Below are positions 25,410 through 39,299 of a stretch of DNA of 64,000 nucleotides, one piece after another (position 1 is the first letter of the stretch; each line of letters starts with the position of its first letter). The translations under genes were made by a program, and so were the position numbers. This DNA comes from Eledone cirrhosa (taxonomy: Eukaryota), in the NCBI GenBank assembly GCA_964016885.1, contig OZ024740.1, positions 128,216,001 to 128,280,000 on the forward strand, in the 5' to 3' direction. The notes below the pieces were generated by a model. That model did no database searches. It saw only the letters and a list, made by a program, of their open reading frames with translations, and had not been told where the DNA came from.

Positions 25410-26155
25410 TAACTAATATCCCGAGGTCTTTCTTTTCTATCTTAGAGAAAAATTTCCCCCCTTCTCATAAATACCATAGTATTTTTAATAAAAATGTTAT
25501 TAAACTTTCATTCTCTACCACCCCTAATATTAGTTCTCATTTAGCTAGCACTAACAATAGGAAAATTAGGGATGGATACTCCTCTCTACATACTACTAGT
25601 CTGAACAGATCTGCAAATGCCTTACCACCTGAGCAGACCTTTTCTAATAGTAATCCTACGTATAATGCATCACTACTTCAGCCAATCAATAGCACCCGGA
25701 AGTGTAACTGTACAGTGAGTGCTAACTGCCCTTTAAACGGTAACTGCCTCTCTCAGAACATCATCTATGCTTGCGTAGTTATAACTAATTCCTCTAATAG
25801 AACTTATATAGGCTCTACATCTAACACTTTTAAGACTAGGTTTAATTCTCATATCTCTAATTTCAAACATGTTAAGTTTAAGAATTCTACTTCTTTAGCA
25901 CACTATATCTGGGATCTTAAGGGGGCTAATATACCATATAGCCTTAATTGGCGTTTAGTAGCACGCTCTAATAACCTTTCTACACATACTAAATTTTGTA
26001 ATCTCTTTATCCTCGAGACACACTCTATAATTTTCTCTAGTGAATCCTTACTTAATAGAAAGTCTGAGATATTCTCTTCTTGCCCCCACGCTATTTCTAA
26101 TTCTTACTTTTATTATAAACCTAAAGGTTCTAGTAGTGTAAATTGTATCCATTAG
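25410..26155 (+). pseudogene. PLE C-terminal fragment (linker + GIY-YIG endonuclease)
   Basis: KHFP-like segment, IKLSFSTTPN, CNCTVSANCPLNGNC, IIY...YIGST, LLNRKSE..SSCPH. Confidence 0.88.
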
Positions 26156-27831
26156 TGATATATTCCATTACTTATTTTTTTTAGTTTAGGTTCTTTTTGT
26201 TTACCACCATTATTATCATCATTATTATCATTGGTTTTTGACAACTTTTTATTCTAGCTCTCATAATCTTTTGGCTACTATACCATATCTATCTTCTTAC
26301 ACATTAAATTTTCACTATTAACACCTTATGAATATATATCTGATTATATATTTTATATTATTTTATTTTATTTCATTTTATTTTATTTTATTTGGATTCT
26401 TCTTTGGATAACCCCCCTCCCCCCATGCACACATAAACTTATTGCCAACCCCTTCAAATATATTATGATTATATTTAATCCCCCCCCTCTTTTATGCTCC
26501 TTTCTATTATATAATACAGTATATTGATTATGATTTTATGCTCCTCCTTTGTATCCTTCATACATTTCTTTTTTTCTGTCCCTATTAGCCTACCATAATT
26601 CTGCTTAAGTCAGTTTTTTAGATATCGTTATGTAAATGATAGTAGAATATTTCATTCCTTTATATATATATTTATAGTGAAATACTAATGTTTAGGAATT
26701 TTGATTACTTAAACCATAGCTAATATTGTATTGCCTTATTAGGTATTTTAAATATTTTCAATATTAATTTATCAAATAGGGTTTTCTAGTCATTTATCTG
26801 GGTTGTTTCCTAAGTTTTTACTTAACTGCATGTGAGACCTAAGTAAATACTTTTGTTTTTGTTTTTTAATTTCCGGTTGATTTTATTTATTTATTTATTA
26901 ATACTACTGTGCATAGTATTTTCTGCCTGGCCCTTATTCACTCATTCACATATGTGTCTGTTTACCAACCTTGTAATTATAAGTAATTATATATTATATT
27001 ATGTTCATTATTTTATATTGAAGTTGTTATTGTACTATTGATCCTTATTACTTACCGATGATTTTATGTACCATTATGATATGTTAAATTTTATATATCA
27101 TGAAAGATGTTTATATTTTTGTACCATCATAATTTTGGGTATTGTACAATTTATATTTTTTTCTCACCTACTCTGTAACTATATATGAATTGATTTGTTA
27201 ACTTACATGCCATTATATATTATATATTATTATATTATTATTATAGTATTATTGTGACATCTATATTGTTTGTGTAAATTAACCGGAGATTATCTATTAT
27301 ATTATATTATATATTATATAATTATATAGTGTATTATATATTATATGTGTTACTTTTAATCATTTCATTACTTCATGTTATACTGTATATTAGATATACG
27401 TATTATTATTATTTTTATTCCTATTATGCTTATTTATATTTAAACTCTTAATAAGGTTTAATTTGTGCTGTTAATGATGGAAATGTGTATTGATGTATAT
27501 GTATGTATATGTGCGTGCGTGTGCGTACATATATACATATGTATATTGTGCCTTTTAATTTTAATTTTAATTTTAATATTGTTACAAGTATATTATATTA
27601 TATTGTATTATATATAGTACTATAATTCCCGCTCTATATAACCACCTTTGTTTAGCTCTAGTTTTTTTGCTTTGGACTATATTTGTAATATGGTTCAAAA
27701 TGTTATCCACCTCCTTAGTGGTTTTTATTATATATTTTTACCCATAATCTTCCAATACTTTAGTGTATGTACACTCCATATTCTTCGGAGTTTTCGGCTT
27801 GTATTGGCCGATAGTACTTCTTGTGGTTTTG

Positions 27832-27876
27832 ATTGCCCTGATGAGTCCTTAATAGGACGAAACATTGTTGGCTAAT
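27832..27876 (+). ncRNA. Minimal type I hammerhead ribozyme in the P2 pLTR
   Basis: ATTGCC-CTGATGA-GTCCT(TAAT)AGGAC-GAAA-CATTG-TT-GGC(T)AAT: intact core, 5-bp stem II, 2-bp stem III, stem I. Confidence 0.82.
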
Positions 27877-28020
27877 AAAGACTTTTGATGTATTGATGGC
27901 TTCTTTGTTTTATTTTCATAATTCTTCGGCTCTGTTTAATTACATTGAGCTATACCTTTTACTGTCATTTTTATAATACGAAGAGGGGGTTTAACTCCAA
28001 CACGCTCCAGTATTTTAATT

Positions 28021-28022
<2 letters not shown>

Positions 28023-28074
<52 letters not shown>
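28023..28074. repeat. (TA)n shared by two tail-to-tail PLEs
   Basis: P2 ends at its left edge and P3 at its right edge. Confidence 0.93.
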
Positions 28075-28076
<2 letters not shown>

Positions 28077-28210
28077 TAGAACTGGTATTTAATTTGTTGG
28101 AAGTCCGACATACATAAATGTTTATAACTGAATTAGAGCACTCAACAGTTACTGGAGTAAATATTCAATGATATTAAATAAATGGAAACTATATTTATAA
28201 AACCATAATT

Positions 28211-28272
28211 ATTTTATTGTATATATTTCAATGGTACCAAAACAATATTGGTACGCTTTCATCAGATAAAAT
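28211..28272 (-). ncRNA. Degenerate minimal hammerhead ribozyme in the P3 pLTR
   Basis: ATTTTAT-CTGATGA-[GTACCA...TGGTAC hairpin]-GAAA-TATATA-CA-ATAAAAT; the U of the UH site is mutated to C. Confidence 0.6.
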
Positions 28273-28542
28273 AGAGACATACCCATGAAAAATATACCTT
28301 ATCGGTTGGAAATTCATGGATAGTGGAATTATATTAGGGATTATTCAAACTTATGTGTGAATATGCAAATGAATATGTAAATAATTGAAAAACAACCGTT
28401 TATTTAAATAACACTGGAGAAAGAGAGCGAGAAAAAACTACAAGCGGATAAAGATAAAAAATATTACGAGAGAGATAGAGAGAAGAAATTAACAATTCAT
28501 ATAACTTTAATTTGGGGGAAATATATTCTAAGTATATATCTT

Positions 28543-28730
28543 AATAATTGTTTCTATTTTAGGCACATGGCCAGCAATTACTCAGTACATTACTGGTACT
28601 TTATTTTATCGACCTCGTAAGGATGAAAGGCAAAGTTAACCTCGGCGGGATTTGAACTCAGATCATAAAGGGACGTAACTCTATGCTTCAAAGCATGATG
28701 TCCGACTCTCTACCGATACTGCCAATCCAC
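28543..28730 (-). mobile_element. Full-length SINE inserted in the P3 3' UTR
   Basis: Reverse complement of the family at 20815-21000. Confidence 0.88.
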
Positions 28731-28796
28731 ACGTGTATTTACTATTATTAGTTGTTTAAAATTCGTTTCTAATATAATATTTTCTGTTATAAGTAG

Positions 28797-28890
28797 ATAA
28801 ATAAATAAATAAATGAATAAATAAATAAATAGATAAATAGATAAATAAATAAATAAATAAATAGATAAATAGATAAATAAATGAATAGAT
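28797..28890. repeat. (ATAA/ATAG)n tetranucleotide repeat
   Basis: Directly visible. Confidence 0.9.
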
Positions 28891-31135
28891 GAGTATATTG
28901 TTTTAATGAGTTATGAGGGATATTGGTTATGTATTTAATGTAAGTAAATATTAAGTTAAATTAAATTGAATTAACTGAGTTAATAAGAATATTTATATTT
29001 ATATATTTTAAAATGGGAAGGTACGGAAAATTCCAGTTTAGTTTATTTATTCGTTAGTATCAGACTATTTAGTCGAAATAAGTATAAATGTTGAAAGATA
29101 TATTTAGCCAGAATCAGTTAGTGGTTATAAATCTAATAAAAAATATTGAAAAAATATTAAAAATTTGAGATAATTTTAAAAAAATAATAATTTATAAGAG
29201 ATAAGTAATTTTTAAAGAGATAAAAAATTAAAGAAATAAAAAAAAAAGAATTAAAAATTATTAAGATTATAATTATAATTAAAATAAAAATTAAAATTTA
29301 AAAATTAAAAATTTAAATTTAAATTTAAAAAATTTGTTTAGAATTATATATGTATATATTTTATGAAACTTTAAGAAGTGAAATTATAGCAAATGTTATA
29401 GATATGATTTAGAGATATCAATATATTAAAACCAAGTGGATGATTGTTATGGAGATAAGTAAAAATATTATAAGTGTAATTATAATTTATATATAGTCCT
29501 AAACGTTGAATTCTGGCGATGTCTACAAGAATTAAATAAATTCGTTCTTAGATTAATAGAGTTCTTACATTTAAGTATGAAAACAATTTCCTCAACACAC
29601 AGTTTGCAAAATCTAGATAAAGCTGTGTTTCGGTACGCGAGTGCTTTCGAAATGATTCCCCAAGTTAGTCCATATTCTTGCATTTTAAGTTCCATATCAA
29701 GTTTGAAAGAGAAGTTGAAGATTTTGTATCAACTCTTTTGAAAGAGCATTTGTGATTATTCCAGCGAATTTTAAATTCTGTAGAAGTTGCACCTACATAG
29801 TTAAATAAATTATCACTGGTTTTGACTGTACATTTATAGACCACGTCCTTATCTAAACACTTATTTTGTAAAGGACAGTTTAATTTAATTCTACAGTTAC
29901 ATTTTGCGGAGTTGTTGTTATTCAGAACGGTACTATTATGTTGGATATTGCTAGAGATATTACTGCTATTTTGGTTATTTTGGTTAGGGTTTAAATTTCT
30001 ATTATTTATTCTATTTATATTTTGTTTTATGTTCATAGTAGTAGAGTAGGATAGTTTTATAGTACGTCTGTTAAAGATTGAGTGGTATCTGTGAGCCTTA
30101 GGAAAACATTTATCTAGAGCTTTAAAGAATAGCTTTGCTAAAGGTGTTTTAACGCTTAATGAGAATGGGGGTGAGTACCAAATAATATTTCTAGTTCTAT
30201 TTCTTCTGTTAGTTTTAGAATTTAAGTTAGATTTGTTATTGTAATTATAATTAATAGTAGGGTTATTTGCCTTATTACTGTTGTCGATTTATTTAATCTT
30301 ATTTATAAATACTGCTCTATTTAAAGCTTCATTATAATATTCTGCCTTATCGTCAAACATGTTTTTATTAGCGGAGATGCGTGAAATACATTGTTGAATA
30401 GAATTGACAATAGTGTTCTTGATAGATCTAAGATGATTAGAGTTAAAACTTACCTAATTTATATTCTCATTAATTTTATAGAATGGATTAGGTTTAATGT
30501 TACTTCTAAAAGGTTAACAATGTTATAGTTATTCTCTATTTCTAACTTAAGGTTTTAGCTATTGAAGAATTGTATTATGGATTTTCTTTTTCTATTAATT
30601 TCACAATTACTATGATTTCCATTAAAAGCAGCATATCATCACGATATAAACCACCGGTCATCTCTGGTATTTTTCTATGTAGTGTATTATTAATAAATAG
30701 CCCCACAAGATCCGTTATTTGCCCCAAGCCTGATGATCCCATGGTGATATCAAAATTATTTTTTCTATCGGCTCTTGCCAGAGATGATTGTTGAATTCAA
30801 TTAAAGTTTTCCGTGCGGTTAAAATGATATGCATTTCTTCGCTAGATAATTCTGTATGTTTAGATGCATAGATAACAGCTTTATTAAGTAAATTAGGAGT
30901 AATGGAGGATTAGTAGTTTGCAATATCCAATTGAATGAAGTTTTTGTTCTGTTTAAATTTTATGTTATTGAACCAATCTATAAATTCGTTAGTACCGTTC
31001 CATTGTTTTAGGTAAGATATTTCTTTAAGTTGTGGTATGATTATATCTAATATATGTTTACTAACTATGCCTAAGTTTGATTTAGATGGTGCTATAAGTA
31101 AAACTGGTAGTTCTATTTCAAAGTTTCTTTTGTGG

Positions 31136-32222
31136 TCCTTCAGGCTAATTTTCGGTGTTCTACAAGACACCCCTGCAGGCGACAAGCCATAGAGGGTCGA
31201 GAGTCTGTTGGTAACAGCAATGGAGAACAACAACTTGTCATCAAGAACATTATCTTCCAGCAGAAGGACAGTTTGAAAATAACCTGGAAGCATTCTTGTT
31301 CCAAAGATTGGCGCCTCATTGATGATATTCTAGTGTGACCTGAAAGACATCTTGCTTACCTAATTTATGCTTAGTGCAAAATGTCAAACTGACCATTGTC
31401 TCATTCTCTGTAAACTGAAGCTCAACTTTACACCCAAATCAATGAAAGAAGAGGCCCTTATGAAAAGTTTCAAGGTTGGCAGTTTCCAGTCAACTAAGGG
31501 TAATGCTCACTTCCTGGTAGTTTTCAGTTGAGGCTTGAAGAGGCCAGTGTTCCAACAATTCCCTCCACTGAAACACATTAGGAACACTTCGAAACTGCCA
31601 TTTTGCTGAAATTTGGGAAGTATTTGAGTTCATGTCAAAGAGCAACAAGTACTAGTTTGACGAAAATAACAAGGAAATTCAGGAATTGCTGGTGAAGAAG
31701 AGATCAATCAACCAGGCCAACTTAGCTTTGTCCTGTGAAAAAGGTTACATCCAGCCTTTCATGCAGTAAACTCCAGGCTGTGAGAGATTTACGAGGGTGG
31801 AACTACCTGGCTAAGAGATATCAGCTGTGTGCCAATACTAGAAAAATCAGGGGCCTTTAAAAAAATGTTAAAGGCAGTGTATGGCTCAATATTTGAAATC
31901 CAGATTATTTTGTGCAGTATTAATGACCAGCTTCTCCACACTGACAGGAGTTCCAACCTACACAATTTGTCAAATCAATTCCAAGCCCTCTTCATATCTA
32001 ACTGCAATAAAAGAAGAACCTGATGAGATACGCACCATTGAATTGACGGTTAAAGCCATAGAGCAGCTAAAGAATAGAAAAGCAGCAGGCATCGATAGAC
32101 TTTCGCATGGGTGCCTAGTGGTGCATGCAGAACGCCTTGATCTTTCTGATTCTTAGAAAAATGTTCATTCATGTGGATGGTGAAGGAAGCAGTTGAGGCG
32201 CATATTCAAGCGTTTGTCTGAA
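31136..32222 (+). mobile_element. Decayed RTE (BovB-like) LINE fragment abutting P3
   Basis: ITWKHSCSKDWRLIDDILV (APE end), FDENNKEIQELL, AIEQLKNRKAAGID. Confidence 0.75.
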
Positions 32223-32249
32223 GCCATATATGTGTATATATATATATAA

Positions 32250-32730
<481 letters not shown>

Positions 32731-32920
32731 TACATACACACACATATATGCTCACCCATACATACATGTACTTTCATATGCATTCATTTAAGCCTGGTCT
32801 TACACACATACACACACACAGACGCACACACACATATACCTACCTACATACATACATATATACATATACATATATATATACGTATATGTGTGTGTATATA
32901 TATACACATATACATATACT

Positions 32921-32952
<32 letters not shown>

Positions 32953-33089
32953 CGTGCATGCACACGCACTCGTACACACGTATACATATATACCCTCCCC
33001 CTCCACACACACACACACAGACACACCAATTTATGCACTCGCACCCAGACAGATATACACACACACTCGTACGCACATATATGAAAATA

Positions 33090-34340
33090 AACTGTATAAA
33101 AAATATTTGGAAGGTCGATGCAACCATGCACATGATGCTATACATCGAAATATTACGAGGGGAAATAAGTGCAAAGTACAAAAAAGTACATATGGGGGAT
33201 ACGTCAGTGAACGCATGCAGCATCTCACATAACGAGACACACTTTGATGTACATGTTGACTGATTTGGCATTAATCCACATATAGAAATCTTAAATAAAA
33301 TTACATATGAGAAGCTCGTAGGAATAATGTAAAGGGTATACCCAAAACATATATAAAAAAATATATAAAGAATATATAAAAAATATATAAAAATATATAA
33401 GAAATATATAAAAAATATATAATAACTACGCATTGGGTTGTACATGAATAAATACATAAAGTATTACATAATGGAATACGTAGAGAAAATACTCACACTA
33501 CTTAAAAAATACATATGTAGTGAGTGCGGGAGAATAGCCTACAAAGGAGTATGTTACAGTGGCTGAAATATAGTGCCTTAGTGATGTATGATAGGGGATT
33601 GCTTATACCTATGGAAATTGAGCCGCCGTGTCCTGGCTCATGCGACAGCGATGTTTAAGATGAGGTGCAGAATCAAATGGGCAGTATTGATTGTGTCGAC
33701 CTACCCCACAGGGCATACATAGTCATCAAGGTATGGTGTCGGTTCCCATGGATCCGCGCCGCTACCCCGACTGACGTCCGCGTTCCCGTATGGTTTTAGT
33801 TGGGGCCATCCGGGGATACCCAGGCGGAGAGTGTGCACCTTCTCTGGTGTCTGCATGTCATGATAATCTCCGGCTTCAGGTTGACTGCGTCATACTTTAA
33901 TCTCACTATCTGCATGGCCTCGGGCAGGCATAGCCTGCACTTCCTCTTGCCGGGCGAATATGCACTGGCACGATGAACGATACTCCAGTTGAGATCATAC
34001 GACGTTCCGGTGTCCTTCAAGTCCCATGTTAGATCCGCCACCCTAGTGGAGTGTCTCTGGCTCCGATCCTTGAAAGAGTTCGTGTGATTGTAAATCCTCG
34101 ATTTAAAGGTCCTGGATGCTGCGCCGATCTAGGTGCGCTTCGTGTTGTGCATGTTAACCACACATTTATAGACTACGCCCTTCGTTAGAAATCTTCCCTG
34201 CAGAGGGCATGGTGTGCCTACTCTGCAGTTGCAGGTTCGGTCGTTATGTTGCTCATTCCTTACGCTGTGTCCTGGCCTTATTACGATGTTCCCCCGTTTC
34301 TTTGGGTGTTGTTCTGTCGGTGCGTTGGGCTCCTTTCGTG
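33090..34340 (-). mobile_element. 5'-truncated PLE, family P4 (GC-richer GIY-YIG fragment plus 3' UTR)
   Basis: CNCRVGTPCPLQG...VVYKC...*IGAASRTFKSRIYNH...CRLCLPEA...TCRH at 33796-34235; UTR boundary uncertain. Confidence 0.82.
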
Positions 34341-34654
34341 TATATACATTTAACTTAAATCAACCTTCCTAACAACTCATATCCAATCTATCCTTTAAGA
34401 CCTTCAGAGGAATACTCCCTTGATAAGGGGTTTTTAAATTAAATTTGCTACGATAAGATTCTATTGTTATCTTGGCGCCTTTAATTTTCTAATGCATTGT
34501 ATGGCTTTTTTAATTATTTAAATTTATATATATATGTATATATATTATATATATATATACCAGAATTTATATATTACATATATACCTGAATAAATATGTG
34601 TGTATATATATATAACATTTATTACTACTATATATATATATATATAATTATGAA

Positions 34655-37026
34655 AAAAATAACAGATTAAAGTTTAAGCAAAGAATCGCTGCTTTCATCC
34701 TTAACGGGATCTTCTGAAACTAAAAAAGTTAATTTGTGATCGCAGAAGTAAATATTTAAAAAAACATTGCAACCGACGGAAGAGAGGAAGACGATACTTT
34801 GGTTCGTGGAAACGTTTCCTATACGAATAAGTAATGGTATTAACATAACATATACTTAGCTACCACATCAAGACCTAAAATATCCGCGTATAGTTCGAAC
34901 TAGCCGTTAGGGTATAATGTGAGGCTATAATACAGGAAAGTTTTGTGCAATTTATGTTTACAAGCCGAAATCGCCTCAGATTTTTAGTTTAAGATGTTGT
35001 CTGTGGCGTAGAATATTTCCAGGGCCTCATCGGCTCAGAGGTCACATGGTCTCTTATTTCCGTTATACGATCTAGCCTCAGCTACGATCTCCCAGTGTAA
35101 CTTATATTGGCTGTGGTTGTCTTTTAGACTCCAGATATAAGCTGAAAGTGACGTCATATTCCTTCTTAGAGGGTAACGAAAAGAATGGGTATGCATATAA
35201 AGACGCTTCTTAAATCTATTGGCGGTTAACACGTTGTAGGCCCTACGGGACGTGAATGTTTCTACCTTACATTTGTAGACAATGTTACTAGAGAGGCATT
35301 TCCCGGCTAGGAGGCAGTCAACCCGATTCCTACAATTACAGTTTGTACTAACTGCTGGGTTGCACGTGTACCTACGGCTAGGTAATTTAGCTAAATTTGA
35401 AGCTGGGTTGTTATGTGCAAGGTTAGATGTCGTAGAGTAAGAAATTTTAATGGTATTTCTATTAAAGCTTTTACTACATTTATGGACTGGGGGGAAATGC
35501 TTCATAATAAGAGAGAGAAAGATCTTAGCTAATGGTGTGGCTACCTCCATAATATATAGTGGGTTATACCATATAATGCGTCGGGATCTATTTTTCCTAG
35601 GTCTATTCTGGTACTCTGTATAAGCTACCTTATCGACAAATCCACTCCGAGCAAGAGCTTCATTGTAATATCTGGAATAGTCGTTTAAAATATGCTCGTT
35701 TCTAGATAGACGGGAAAGCCTCAAAGAAACGTTTCTTACAAGGTTCTTGGTTATGCTGGCTAGATGGTTAGAATGCTTACTTATGTAATTAAGCGTATCA
35801 TTCGGCTTTCTATACTGGTAGTACAAGCCATTCGACAAATCGAGGGTAACGTCGAGGTAATTAACGACCAAGAGGTTGGCCTCAACCTGTATGGAGACGT
35901 TGAAGCCTTTAAAGAAGGCTGTGAGTTCCTTTCTGAACCTGTCGCAAGCACGCGGGCCGCACTTTGTCATGGTCAAAAGACCGTCATCACAGTACAAACC
36001 GCCGCCTACGTTGGGGAAAACCTTCCTTGATAGAGAAAAGAAGGAAAAGGCCTATAAGATCAGTAACCTCCGCAGAATCGCTGGCGCCCATACTCACGTC
36101 GATTGGGGTTCTATTAGATGTTTTAATCCAAATAGAGTTTTTGAAATTAATCACCGACTTACGGGCATTGAGGATGACATCAACTTCGAAATCCTTAACC
36201 ACTGTGAGTGTTTTAGCGAAATTGATAGCTCTAAGAAGAAGTGGTAAAGTAATGGAGGAGTAGTAATTATTGATGTCGAATTGGATAAAATGGCAATGTT
36301 CCTTGTTGCATATGCTGTTGAACCAATCAATCACCGCGAAAGAATTATTCCACTGTGCAAGAGGGGCCAAACTTCTAATTTCAGGTATAATTCTGTCTAA
36401 AATCCTTTTACTAAGTCTACCTAAATCGCACTTCGTAGGGTTAATAAGCCGAATAGAAGGGTTGTTCGGGAAATTGGATTTGTGATCATTCAGCGTAAAG
36501 TGGGAAGAAATAGGGTCCAGAGTTTCGGCCCGGTCCAGGATAATGAGATCAGAGATGATATTAAACATAGCATCGTTGATTTCATTAATGACGCTCCGAT
36601 TAGTTTTTCGGTAATCCTTAGTTACAACACTGTGTAGTAGTTGATGGTAAGTACTGCGCTCCACTTGATATAGATTGCCAGTTTTCTCGGAATGAACGTG
36701 CACGGCATAGAATCCTTAATTTTACGAATTCTATTCTTCAGATCCTGCTGGAAGGAATTGCTCCTATTCCGAAATTTGATACTCCGTATGAGTTCCAAGA
36801 CGTCATTTCCAAATGGTAGCAATGCTGGGTTACTCGGAGGGTTATTATAGGTTTTAAACCCAAATTTATCCTAATTGTTGTCTGCTTTTTTCTGATTATT
36901 GAAAAAGGTACGCCAACGCAACCTTTTAATGGACAGGTCTGTTTTCTGAATCAGGAGTTTTAGGTATATTTACCTGCTTGGCACCGGTAAGTTCTTTGTA
37001 GAAATATTCAGATGATGTTTCTGCAT
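34655..37026 (-). mobile_element. PLE family P1, full-length ORF, frameshifted
   Basis: ORFs 36622-36822, 35987-36703 and 35035-35997 align to 4..2028; N-terminus MQKHHLNISTKNLPVPS from ATG at 37026; same terminal ~150 bp as copy 1. Confidence 0.93.
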
Positions 37027-37045
37027 GATGAATATAATTCAATAG

Positions 37046-37976
37046 TAGACCTAGCAAAAATAGATCCCGACGCATTATATGGTATAACCCACCATATCAT
37101 ATGGAGGTGGCCACACCATTAGCTAAGATCTTTCTCTCCCTTATTATGAAGATTTCCCCCCAGCACATAAATGTAGTAACATTTTTAATAGAAATACCAT
37201 TAAAATTTCTTACTCTACGACTACTAACATTGCACATAACATCACAGCTTCAAATTTAGCTAAATTACCTAGCCGTAGTAACACGTGCAACCCTGTAGCT
37301 AGTACTAACTGTAATTGTAGGAATCGGGTTGACTGCCCCCTATCCGGGAAATGCCTCTCTAGTAACATTGTCTACAAATGTAAGGTTGAAACATCCACGT
37401 CCCGTAGGGCCTACATAGGGTTAACCGCCAATAGATTCAAGCAGCGTCTTTACATGCATACCCATTCTTTTCTTAACCCATTAAAAAGGAATATGACGTC
37501 ACTTTCAGCTTATATCTGGAGTCTAAAAGACCACACCCAATATAAATTACACTGGGAGATCGTCGTAGCTGAGGCTAGATCGTATAAAGGAAATAAAAGA
37601 CCATGTGACCTCTACGCCAAAGACCACATCTTAAACAAAATGTCTGAGGCGATTTCGGCTTGTAAACATAAATTGCACGAAACTATCCTGTATTACAGCC
37701 CCACATTATACCCAAACGGATAGTACGAACTATTCGCGGATATTTTAGGTCTTGATGTGGTAGCTTAGTATATGTTATGTTAATACCATTACTTATTCGT
37801 ATAGGGAACGTTTTCACTAACCAAAGTATCGTCTTCCTGTCTTCCTTCGGTTGCAACGTTTTTTTAAATATTTACTGCTGCGTTCACAGATTGACTTTTT
37901 TAATTTCAGAAGATCCCGTTAAGGGTGAAAGCAGCGATTCTTTGCTTAAACCTTAATCTGTTATTTTAATAAATAT
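37046..37976 (+). mobile_element. Inverted partial P1 copy (GIY-YIG + pLTR), head-to-head with the full copy
   Basis: Matches 1323-2028 and the P1 3' end; shares the short 3' UTR of the 34655-37026 copy. Confidence 0.9.
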
Positions 37977-38198
37977 TTGCTCTACGGTTCTTATATATCT
38001 GATACATATTTATCCTTATCCAGCCCTCTTGGGATTTTAGTCTTCAAATTTATGATTATTACTATATATATATATATATATATAAAGAATTTATATCTAG
38101 TAACATTTATATACATACAGATGCACATCAATGCTAGCAAATATATAGGTTTTGTCTTAGTAACATTGTGGTTCAATGCATGGGGTTGCAGAACAATA

Positions 38199-38649
38199 AT
38201 ATGAGAGACGTAAGATAAGAAAATTATAAAATTATAAAAAAATTTATAAAATTGACTTACTTACTAAAATATCACTTCCAACTAATTAGTTTCTGGAATG
38301 GAGTAAATATATTTTCCGAATAACATATAGAAAAGCATTCCGTCGTCAGGAAAGTCTATTTTCATGTAAGTTTCCAGGCATAGCGAGGACTCTGGAAACT
38401 TATTAAAAAAATAATTCAGTGGAAAGGAAATAGCGAAGCGTGGAGTGAAATCCTAGCCATTGAGAAAATCACTGCCTCTACGTCTGTGGCAAATTCAAAA
38501 AGAATCAATCACGTAACATCGAAGTCAATCAGTGGAAAGCGAGTTATATATTTACTCCATTCCAGAAACTAATTAGTTGGAAGTGATATTTTAGTAAGTA
38601 AGTCAATTTTATGAATTTTTTAATAATTTTATAATTTTCTTATCTTACG

Positions 38650-38660
<11 letters not shown>
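38199..38660. mobile_element. Fold-back element, family F2, with a hammerhead-like core
   Basis: ~113-bp arms at 38199-38312 and 38546-38660. Minus strand 38304-38349 reads CTGACGA-CGGAAT...ATTCG-GAAA-ATATAT-TT, with no stem I partner. Confidence 0.65.
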
Positions 38661-38701
<41 letters not shown>

Positions 38702-38749
38702 ATAATAATAAATTTGAAGACTGTTATTTTAATAAATATATATATATAT

Positions 38750-39215
38750 ATATACGATATTAACAAATGGAAACTATATTTATAAAACCATATTTATTTC
38801 ATTATACATATTTCGGGGATACCATATTAAAAATATGGCATGCCTTCTTCAGATAAAATACAATATATAAACAGTTTTATAAATAATTTTGACGTACCAT
38901 AAATATTGAGCAACCATTATGTAGGAAGCCGGTTTGGTAGTCTACCAAACCGGCTTCCTACATAACGGTTGCTCAATATTTATGGTATGTCAAAATTATT
39001 TATAAAACTGTTTATATATTGTATTTTATCTGAAGAAGGCATGCCATATTTTTAATATGGTATCCCCGAAATATGTATAATGAAATAAATATGGTTTTAT
39101 AAATATAGTTTCCATTTGTTTAATATCGTATATCTACTCCAAAACTTGTCGAGTGCTTTATATCAGTTATAAAATATTTACTTGTAACCCAACAATTTTA
39201 AATAAAACTTTTGCA
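38750..39215. mobile_element. Fold-back PLE pLTR (P3-related) in (TA)n
   Basis: Near-perfect ~190-bp arms around T38941, 80-bp unique tail, homologous to 28075-28272. Confidence 0.85.
39022..39087 (+). ncRNA. Minimal type I hammerhead ribozyme (mirror copy at 38795-38860, minus strand)
   Basis: TATTTTAT-CTGAAGA-[ATGCCATATT/AATATGGTAT stem]-GAAA-TATGTA-TA-ATGAAATA (8-bp stem I). Confidence 0.72.
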
Positions 39216-39244
39216 TATATATATATATATATCACATTTATTAT

Positions 39245-39281
<37 letters not shown>

Positions 39282-39299
39282 TGTGTATTGGTATATATA

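Larger units (their letters stand above)
25042..28022 (+). mobile_element. 5'-truncated PLE, family P2, with inverted pLTR
   Basis: 25042-25403 is the reverse complement of ~27551-27921. GIY-YIG remnant at 25410-26155. TA tracts on both flanks. Confidence 0.88.
28075..31135 (-). mobile_element. Decayed PLE, family P3
   Basis: ISLKDHKRNF, FIQLDIANY, GGLYRDDML (~30632-30658), IIWYSPPFS, CNCRIKLNCPLQNKC, VVY...YVG; AT-rich 3' UTR ending at (TA)n. Confidence 0.9.

Noticed and set aside
25089-27875. Duplicated 75-aa ORF (25089-25316 and 27648-27875) as a small gene pair
   Set aside because: TTG start, no recognisable domain; it only reflects the inverted pLTR and overlaps the hammerhead.
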